Shown here one piece after another: positions 29,057 to 35,416 of a DNA stretch of 64,000 nt. Both the position numbers and the translations under genes were made by a program. Source of the stretch: Acidobacteriota bacterium. GTDB taxonomy: Bacteria > Acidobacteriota > Polarisedimenticolia > Polarisedimenticolales > JAIQFR01. Below the pieces are notes generated by a model, which had not been told where the DNA came from, did not search any database, and saw nothing but the letters and a program-made list of their open reading frames with translations. How positions within the stretch are numbered: position 1 is the stretch's first letter; each line of letters begins with the position of its first letter. The stretch spans positions 278 through 64,277 of the forward strand of contig JBGQAU010000004.1 in NCBI GenBank assembly GCA_041494445.1. The letters run 5' to 3'.

Positions 29057-30264
29057 AAAGTGCCCGCCGCCAACATTCCTCTCGCCCCGCGCCCTCCCGC
29101 GAGCTCGCCGAGCTCCGCGTGCGCCTCGCCGAAGCGGAGGAAACGCTCCAGGCCATTCGCAACGGCGAGGTGGATGCGGTGGTGGTCACGGGCAAGCAGG
29201 GCGCCCAAGTGTTCACGCTGGAAGGCGCCGAGCGCGCCTACCGCGTGCTCATCGAATCCATGAACGAAGGGGCGCTGACCCTTACGGATGACAAGACGAT
29301 TCTTTACGCCAACCAGCGCTTCGCAAGAATGGTCAAGTGCCCGCTGGAGCGGGTAATCGGCAGATCCTTTGATCGCTTTATCTCCGCCGAAGACCTGGAA
29401 ACGCTCCAACCGCTCCTGAAACGGGTCGCCAAATCCGGCTCCAAGTTCCAAGTGCCACTAAGCGCCAGCGATGGTTCGCAAATGCCGGCGCAAGTCTCCA
29501 TTCGTCGGGTGCCAAAGAGGGATTCCAACCGCGCGACCTTCGCCGTGGTGGTGACGGACATGACGGAGGCCCGGCGCAACGAGGAGAAGCTGCGGGCGTT
29601 GTCCCAGCGCCTCGTGCAAGCGCAGGAAGCCGAGCGCGGGCGAGTGGCCCGCGAGTTGCACGACCACATTACGCAGCTTCTCTGCGCCATCCTTTTTCGC
29701 TGCCAGGCGCTGGCGGACAAACTGTCGGCGCGCGATGAGCCATCGAAGGGAGAGGCGATGAGACTGCGCGAGATGCTCGGCGAGGCTGCCGAAGAAGTGG
29801 AGCGCATCTCGCGTAATCTGCGGCCCAGCGTTTTGGAGGAGCTGGGTCTCCTCGACGCCCTGCGCGCCACCGGCGTGGAGTTCGCGGATCGGACGGGCGT
29901 GTCCGTCGAGATGTCTTGCGTGAAGTCGACCGCGCGGCTGCCCGCCGACATCGAGCTGACGCTCTACCGCGTCCTCCAGGAAGCCTTGGGAAACGTCGAG
30001 AGGCACGCACGCGCTCGCCACGTTATCGCGCGCCTAAGCCTGCAGGGCGCCTTCGTTCAGTTGGTGATCCATGACGACGGGATCGGCTTCGACCCGGATC
30101 ATCACCCGGCCAGACGAAAAGCAAGGGGCGGCCTTGGTCTCCTCAGCATGCGCGAGCGAGCCACGTATGTGGGCGGCACCCTGAAGGTCAAGTCCATTCG
30201 CCGCGTCGGCACGGAAATCGAGGTGCGCATTCCCCTGCCGCTGAGTGCCACGGCGGCTGACTGA
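29053..30264 (+). CDS. PAS-domain sensor histidine kinase (HisKA_3 / NarX-type)
   Basis: It has an N-terminal coiled segment plus a PAS domain (ILYANQRFARMV...), the H-box ERGRVARELHDHITQ and a C-terminal HATPase_c domain. Confidence 0.8.
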   Translation: MKSARRQHSSRPAPSRELAELRVRLAEAEETLQAIRNGEVDAVVVTGKQGAQVFTLEGAERAYRVLIESMNEGALTLTDDKTILYANQRFARMVKCPLERVIGRSFDRFISAEDLETLQPLLKRVAKSGSKFQVPLSASDGSQMPAQVSIRRVPKRDSNRATFAVVVTDMTEARRNEEKLRALSQRLVQAQEAERGRVARELHDHITQLLCAILFRCQALADKLSARDEPSKGEAMRLREMLGEAAEEVERISRNLRPSVLEELGLLDALRATGVEFADRTGVSVEMSCVKSTARLPADIELTLYRVLQEALGNVERHARARHVIARLSLQGAFVQLVIHDDGIGFDPDHHPARRKARGGLGLLSMRERATYVGGTLKVKSIRRVGTEIEVRIPLPLSATAAD

Positions 30265-30443
30265 ACGGATTTTGAAACAAGTCACTGTCGTGCCGGCTGA
30301 AGACCACCATGTCGTCCGAGAGGGTCTTCGGTCATTATTGGAACACGATCCCGATATTGAAGTGGTCAAGGGATAGGGAATCTCGTCGCCGCGACCCCGG
30401 GCTGGGTCGATCTCGGCGGGACGGGGAAAGGGTGGGGGAACGG

Positions 30444-31124
30444 CTAATCGATCGTGAACCGGACACGGCTCTCGACGATCCCCGCGTTGATGGCGTAGCG
30501 GGTGAGGCCCGCGGTGTCGTGGATGTCCAGCTTGCTCATTAGATGCTGCCGGTGCTTCTCGACGGTCTTGATGCTGATGCCGAGTTCGTCCGCCGCCTGC
30601 TTGTTGGCCATTCCTTCGGCAATCAGCTGGAGTACCTCCACCTCGCGCGAGGTCAGGCCGGCGGCTCCCTTCTTGATTCTTCCATTCGCTCCATGGGACG
30701 AATTCTGCTGAAGATCGCCGAGCCGCCTGGCGATGGATGGGCTGAAGAACCTGTTCCCGTTGTGAACTTCCCGAATCGCCTTGGCGAGAACGAGGGCGGA
30801 CGTCTGTTTGATCAGGTACCCCGCCGCGCCGAGTTCGATCACTTGCTCGACGTACGCGTCATCGCCATGCGCGGACAAAACGATGATCTTGGTGGCCGGC
30901 AGTTCTTTGAGAATCTGCTTGGTGGCTTCCAGGCCGTTGAGGAGCGGCATCGCGAGGTCCATGACGACCACTGCCGGCAGAAGCTTCTTGGTCAGCAACA
31001 CGGCTTGGCGGCCGTTCTGCGCTTCGCCGACCACCTCGATGTCGTCTTCCATCTCCAGTAACGTCCGCAGCCCCTCTCGGACTATCGTGTGGTCGTCGGC
31101 CAGCAGCACGCTGATTGGTTTCAT
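30444..31124 (-). CDS. NarL/FixJ-family response regulator (REC + LuxR-type HTH)
   Basis: LLADDH...MDLAMP marks the receiver domain. LTSREVEVLQLIAEGMANKQAADELGISIKTVEKHRQHLMSKL marks the HTH. Confidence 0.9.
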   Translation of the reverse strand: MKPISVLLADDHTIVREGLRTLLEMEDDIEVVGEAQNGRQAVLLTKKLLPAVVVMDLAMPLLNGLEATKQILKELPATKIIVLSAHGDDAYVEQVIELGAAGYLIKQTSALVLAKAIREVHNGNRFFSPSIARRLGDLQQNSSHGANGRIKKGAAGLTSREVEVLQLIAEGMANKQAADELGISIKTVEKHRQHLMSKLDIHDTAGLTRYAINAGIVESRVRFTID

Positions 31125-32296
31125 TTCATGGACTCGACTTGAGCGTTCGGCGATCCCTTACGACCGTTATTGTATGGAATCTTCGCGCGAATGGTGGTGC
31201 CTTTGCCCGGTGCGGATTCGACGGTAAAGCTGCCGCCGACCATCTCGACCCGCTCTCGCATGCCGATCAACCCCAATCGTCCGACCCTCTTGGCGACGAG
31301 GAAGCGCTCCACCCGAAAGGACTTGCCGTTGTCGTGTATTTCCATCTGAACGACGTCCTGGACCTTCCGAATGCCCACCGTCACCTTGCTGGCTCCTGCA
31401 TGCTTTTCGACATTGGTGAATGCCTCCTGGGCTACGCGATAGAGCACCGTTCGCTTGTCGCTGGTCAGGTGTTCAATCGAGGCGGAGGCCGTGAAGTCAA
31501 CGGGGATGTGCGTCCGCCTCGTAAAGCCCTTCATGTAGGAATGGAGAGCGGGAATGAGCCCCAGGTCGTCCAGAAGCGGCGGACGTAATTCCCGCGCGAA
31601 CCGATGCACCGTGTTCATCGACCTTTCCACGAGCCGTTGAGTGCTGGCGATCTTTCCTTTGAGGCCGGTGTTGTTAACCGTGGCCTCCTTCGTCAACGTC
31701 GCCAGTCTGACATTGATGGCCGTCAAGATCTGGCCGATTTCATCGTGAAGCTCGCGGCTGATCTTCTTTCGCTCTTCCTCCTGCGAGGACAGAAGCTCGT
31801 GGGTAAGTCGCCTCAAGTGTTCCTGCATGTGACGGGATTTCTCCAGCAACTCCCCGTAGTGTCGCTCGCTTTTCTTGAGGGCGCCCTGCACGGCCTCGCG
31901 GCGGCGGATTTCGCGTCTCAGCTGCCGGAGCGCCACGGTCAGCTCGGCGGTCCGCTGGCGCAAGGTCACGTTCAGTCGATTGAAACGGCTGCTGCTCTTC
32001 AGCGCGGAGCGATGGCCGTTCCCGACCGGTGTGAGTGCCTTGGCAAAAAAGCTCGCCGCGTGCTTGAGCATCTCATCGCCGCTTCTGGATGTGGGGCCCG
32101 GAGGCAGCAGTCTGATCACAGCCTGTTCGTGGATGCTGATCAGGTCCAACGTGTCCAGTCCCAGTGCCAGGGCTTCGCGTCCGAGGTTCTCAGCCGGCCG
32201 CAAGCTCGTCCCCGGCTTCAGCGCCAGTTGCTTTCGCAACGCCACCACGTATCGTCGCGACAAACCGCTCGCGCTGCCTTTGGAGCCGGAACTCAT
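31121..32296 (-). CDS. Histidine kinase (HisKA_3) with RsbU-N-like N-terminal domain
   Basis: It has the H-box ERKKISRELHDEIGQ and an HATPase_c domain. It shares an ATGA overlap with the response regulator gene. The start is chosen at MSSGSKGS (32296). Confidence 0.75.
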   Translation of the reverse strand: MSSGSKGSASGLSRRYVVALRKQLALKPGTSLRPAENLGREALALGLDTLDLISIHEQAVIRLLPPGPTSRSGDEMLKHAASFFAKALTPVGNGHRSALKSSSRFNRLNVTLRQRTAELTVALRQLRREIRRREAVQGALKKSERHYGELLEKSRHMQEHLRRLTHELLSSQEEERKKISRELHDEIGQILTAINVRLATLTKEATVNNTGLKGKIASTQRLVERSMNTVHRFARELRPPLLDDLGLIPALHSYMKGFTRRTHIPVDFTASASIEHLTSDKRTVLYRVAQEAFTNVEKHAGASKVTVGIRKVQDVVQMEIHDNGKSFRVERFLVAKRVGRLGLIGMRERVEMVGGSFTVESAPGKGTTIRAKIPYNNGRKGSPNAQVESMK

Positions 32297-32373
32297 GCGC
32301 GACCTCTCGCCGGGCGTGTCGCCGGGCGACCCACGACAACCACGGTCATTGTCAGACGGTCGCCTCGATTTGT

Positions 32374-32393
32374 CCATGGGGTAAAACCCTACC
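32374..32393 (-). promoter_or_regulatory. Conserved motif, site 2 (reads GGTAGGGTTTTACCCCATGG on the minus strand)
   Basis: It lies 77 nt upstream of the HK-RR operon start and is divergent from site 3. Confidence 0.6.
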
Positions 32394-32473
32394 CGCGGCG
32401 CTGGCGCGCCTGCCTGGTGGCGCCTTATTCTTGCGCGAGGATCCGTGCGCGGGGAGCTCGTCCGACGGTCCAC

Positions 32474-32493
32474 AGTAGGGTTTCACCCCATCG
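32474..32493 (+). promoter_or_regulatory. Conserved motif, site 3 (AGTAGGGTTTCACCCCATCG)
   Basis: It lies 57 nt upstream of the lmo0937-like miniprotein ATG. Confidence 0.55.
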
Positions 32494-32550
32494 CGAGGCA
32501 CCGGCGCGTGGCGTAGCGTATACCTCGAACCGGGGAGAAAGGAGACGACC

Positions 32551-32703
32551 ATGTTGTGGACGATTGCGGTAGTTCTGGGGATTCTGTGGCTACTGGGGTT
32601 CGTGTCCAGTTACACGATGGGAGGGTTCATCCACATCCTGCTGGTGCTCGCGATCATCGTGGTGCTGATCAGGGTCATCCAAGGACGACGAGTGCTGTCG
32701 TAG
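32551..32703 (+). CDS. lmo0937-family small membrane protein (50 aa), absent from the ORF track
   Basis: AAAGGAG RBS precedes the ATG. The product is MLWTIAVVLGILWLLGFVSSYTMGGFIHILLVLAIIVVLIRVIQGRRVLS*, which matches my recollection of this miniprotein family. Confidence 0.7.
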   Translation: MLWTIAVVLGILWLLGFVSSYTMGGFIHILLVLAIIVVLIRVIQGRRVLS

Positions 32704-32802
32704 ACAGCCGTCGGCGGAGCCTGGAGCACTCGAGGGTTCGATGAGACCTAAGACGCTATTCGCGCTCATATCGATCATGTCACGTGATCAGGAGGTACGG
32801 TC

Positions 32803-34173
32803 TTGAGATACATCCGAGTAGCTGTTCTCGTGATCGCCGCCGTGGCTCTCGCGGTCGTTCTCGCGCAGCCGGTGCGCGCCGAGGTATCGTTCGACTTCGC
32901 TTATTCCAATCTGAGCCAACACGGTTCCTGGCTCGTCTCGGCGCAGTACGGGCACGTCTGGCAGCCGAGGGAATACAACCGGGAGTGGAACCCCTACTAC
33001 GACGGTCACTGGGTCTACACCGACATGGGTTGGACGTGGGTCTCGGACTACGAGTGGGGAGCCATTCCCTATCACTACGGGACGTGGGTCGCCGATCCCG
33101 ACGACGGATGGGTATGGATTCCGGGGAGCGTCTGGGCACCGTCCTGGGTCGTCTTCCGTACCGGTTCCGATTACATCGGCTGGGCCCCCGTGCCTCCGGG
33201 CTTCTCCGTGGGCATGTCGATCGACTTCGGAGGGCCGTCGAGCTTCGTGTTCGTCTCTTCCCGCGACTTCCTCGCGCCGAGACTTCGCACGTCGATCATC
33301 CCCATGAATCGCACGAGCGTGTTCATGAACAACACGACCGTGGTGAACAACATCGTGGTTCAGAACAACGTCGTGGTCAATCGCGGCCCCGACTACAGGA
33401 TCGTGGAGAGAGCCACCGGTCACGCCATCCGTGAGCAACGCATCGAGAGCGTCGCCAGAGTGGCGCCGTTCGCGAACGTCAGCCGCGCTCAACTGGCCGT
33501 CGCCCCCGAAAGGGCAAGACAGGGCCTCCGGGTCGCCGAGCCGGTCCCCGCAAACCGTCCCCTCCCGGTCGCCGACAAGGGCGGGAACCGCCAGCGGAAC
33601 ACCTCGCCGGCCGACGCGTCGAGGCCCCTGAACGGGCGTGAAGCGGCCCGGCCGAACACTCAGGAACGGGCGACCGCGCCCGCGGCGGCGATGCCGAGCA
33701 GAGCCGCCGACGCCGCGCAGAAGGCGAACGCCAAGGCGAACGCGGATCGGAGTGCACAGGCGCAGCGGGACGCCAGCGTGAAGGCGGATCAGAGTGCAAG
33801 GACGCAGGCGAACGCCAAGGCGAACGCGGACCGGAGTGCACAGGCGCAGCGTAACGCCAGCGTGAAGGCGGATCAGAGTGCAAGGACGCAGGCGAACTCC
33901 AAGGCGAACGCGGATCGGAGTGCACAGGCGCAGCGTAACGCCAACGTGAAGGCGGCGCAGAGCGCGAACGCACAGGCGAACGCCAAGGCGAAGGCGGATC
34001 AGACCGCAAGGGCACAGGCGAACCCCAAGGCGAACGCGCAGCAGAGCGCAAAGGCACAGGCGAACGCCAAGGCGAAGGCGGACGCGAAGGCCAAGAAGGA
34101 CAACCCGGAAAAGAAGGATCAGAGCTCCGACAAGCCCCCCACCCCGGAGGCGAAGGAAGGATCCCATCAGTAG
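32803..34173 (+). CDS. Secreted W/Y-rich protein (DUF6600-like) with repetitive Ala/Gln/Lys-rich tail
   Basis: It has a TTG start after AGGAGG and a signal peptide. The N-terminal domain is rich in W-x-P / G-x-W patterns. The C-terminus contains in-frame 28-aa tandem repeats. Confidence 0.6.
   Translation: MRYIRVAVLVIAAVALAVVLAQPVRAEVSFDFAYSNLSQHGSWLVSAQYGHVWQPREYNREWNPYYDGHWVYTDMGWTWVSDYEWGAIPYHYGTWVADPDDGWVWIPGSVWAPSWVVFRTGSDYIGWAPVPPGFSVGMSIDFGGPSSFVFVSSRDFLAPRLRTSIIPMNRTSVFMNNTTVVNNIVVQNNVVVNRGPDYRIVERATGHAIREQRIESVARVAPFANVSRAQLAVAPERARQGLRVAEPVPANRPLPVADKGGNRQRNTSPADASRPLNGREAARPNTQERATAPAAAMPSRAADAAQKANAKANADRSAQAQRDASVKADQSARTQANAKANADRSAQAQRNASVKADQSARTQANSKANADRSAQAQRNANVKAAQSANAQANAKAKADQTARAQANPKANAQQSAKAQANAKAKADAKAKKDNPEKKDQSSDKPPTPEAKEGSHQ
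33724..34100 (+). repeat. 84-nt in-frame tandem repeat (about 2.5 good copies, then degenerate copies)
   Basis: Units at 33724-33807 and 33808-33891 are nearly identical, and the unit at 33892-33975 diverges in its second half. Each unit encodes ANAKANADRSAQAQR[DN]ASVKADQSARTQ. Confidence 0.85.
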
Positions 34174-34308
34174 ATAGCCGGCGGTGCTCGTCATCGGGCT
34201 CGTCGCGACGCCCGTGACGGGCTCGACGTCGTGCCTCAGGTTGCCCCAGCGGTAACGGGCACCGACGCAGAGGGTTTTCGCCTTCGGCTAACAAACTGGA
34301 GGATTTCG

Positions 34309-34542
34309 ATGAGACTGAAGACGGTAATCGCCGGCATCTTGATCGTTCTGGGCATCGTGGCGTTGGCCTACCAGGGCATCACGTACACCAGCATGGGAAG
34401 AGTTATCGATCTCGGCCCCATGCACGTGACGAGCGAGGAAACCCACCATATCCCGCTGCCGCCGATCCTCGGAGTGATCGCGCTGGTCGGCGGGATCGTC
34501 CTGCTGGTCGTGGATCGGAGGCGTCTCGACCCCGCGGCGTAG
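34309..34542 (+). CDS. Small two-TM membrane protein, hypothetical
   Basis: CTGGAGG RBS precedes the start. The product is MRLKTVIAGILIVLGIVALAYQG...ILGVIALVGGIVLLVV. Confidence 0.5.
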   Translation: MRLKTVIAGILIVLGIVALAYQGITYTSMGRVIDLGPMHVTSEETHHIPLPPILGVIALVGGIVLLVVDRRRLDPAA

Positions 34543-34652
34543 TGATGATGGGCAGACGAGCCCGAAGTTGGAGGAAGGCGTCTCGGGAGTGGTCCTCACG
34601 TAAGAGTGCAGAAGGAAGCTTGCTTTCCCCGCGAGCACGTCCACTCACCCAT

Positions 34653-34672
34653 GGTAGGGTTCTGCCCCATAG
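34653..34672 (+). promoter_or_regulatory. Conserved motif, site 4 (GGTAGGGTTCTGCCCCATAG)
   Basis: It lies immediately upstream of the SYLF gene fragment. Confidence 0.5.
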
Positions 34673-34708
34673 ATGAGGGTCGGCGCGCGGCATACCCTAT
34701 GCCGGTGT

Positions 34709-34894
34709 CTCGACGGCTCCGTCGTGAAACCGGACCAGGACGCCAACGCACGCCTGTATCGCGAGAAGACCTCCGGGAAGGAGATCCTGGTGGACTCAAA
34801 GCTCGCCGTCCCGGCTTCAGCGCGGCCCCTCGTGGATTCGATCCGCCGACACATGGCGGCCGCCGTCGCCAAGGAGAAAGCAGAGAAGAGGTGA
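34709..34894 (+). pseudogene. C-terminal fragment of a SYLF-domain gene (paralog of 39479..40195)
   Basis: About 190 nt are roughly 90% identical by eye to 40010-40201. The fragment encodes LDGSVVKPDQDANARLYREKTSGKEILVDSKLAVPASARPLVDSIRRHMAAAVAKEKAEKR*, and the N-terminal two thirds of the gene are missing. Confidence 0.7.
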
Positions 34895-35131
34895 GCGGGG
34901 TCCGCTGACCTCTCGCCTGTCGGCTCGCCTCCGGGACGTCCGGGAGCGAGCCGCAGTTTTTTCGCCGACGCTCCTCCCCCAGAGCCCAAAACCGATTCTC
35001 GGAAGGGGAAAGAGGAGCCATCATGAAGACGACCGAGGTTCGGCAGGATCTCGCATGGCTTGCCTGGAGCCTTCCCGGTCTTGGTGTCCGCCAGGTGGGA
35101 CACCATGGATTCATGACCCGAACGAGTGGGC

Positions 35132-35151
35132 GGTAGGGTTACACCCCATGG
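35132..35151 (+). promoter_or_regulatory. Conserved motif, site 5 (GGTAGGGTTACACCCCATGG)
   Basis: It lies 74 nt upstream of the frameshifted lmo0937-like ORF, and PBP1A follows in the same direction. Confidence 0.55.
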
Positions 35152-35225
35152 AGGCGAGGAACGTCTCGACGTAGTGTCCGAGGTGAAAGGCGGTGCCTCG
35201 TGGGCTTCGCGAGAGGGAGAACGTC

Positions 35226-35407
35226 ATGTTGTGGACCGTGGCGGTGATCCTGTTGGTCTTGTGGCTTCTGGGTCTGAGGAGCCATCCATGAATCCCAGGA
35301 TCGTCGTAGAAATTGTTCTCATCGCCCTGGGCGTCGTGGCGCGTGGCCCGAACAAGCGGCGTCTTCTCCCCGACCCCGAAGCAGCCAGGTCTCTGCACCG
35401 TCCGTGA
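35226..35407 (+). pseudogene. Frameshifted lmo0937-family miniprotein gene
   Basis: Frame A gives MLWTVAVILLVLWLLGLRSHP*. Another frame continues SMNPRIVVEIVLIALGVVARGPNKRR, which is colinear with TMGGFIHILLVLAIIVVLIRVIQGRR of the intact copy. Confidence 0.5.
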
Positions 35408-35416
35408 AGTGTCGCC

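Noticed and set aside
24901-32394. Interpreting the identical inverted 22-mers as terminal inverted repeats of a transposon carrying the Kai block.
   Set aside because: There is no transposase, integrase or target-site duplication. The same motif occurs five more times outside the block, always oriented toward a downstream gene start, which fits a regulatory site better. The island idea is retained only as a lower-confidence finding.
33724-34100. The regularly spaced 84-nt repeats as a possible CRISPR-like array.
   Set aside because: The units are contiguous with no unique spacers, lie in frame inside a coding sequence and encode a repeated peptide. No cas genes are present in the window.
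34269-34282. A degenerate motif-like sequence AGAGGGTTTTCGCC upstream of the small membrane protein gene (34309).
   Set aside because: Only about 12 of 20 positions match, and the CCCCATGG half is missing.
35023-35136. A 37-codon ORF (MKTTEVRQDLAWLAWSLPGLGVRQVGHHGFMTRTSGR*) with a strong AAAGAGGAG RBS, ending inside motif site 5.
   Set aside because: It has no recognisable family, hydrophobic pattern or conservation evidence available to me. It could be real, but the sequence alone cannot support it.
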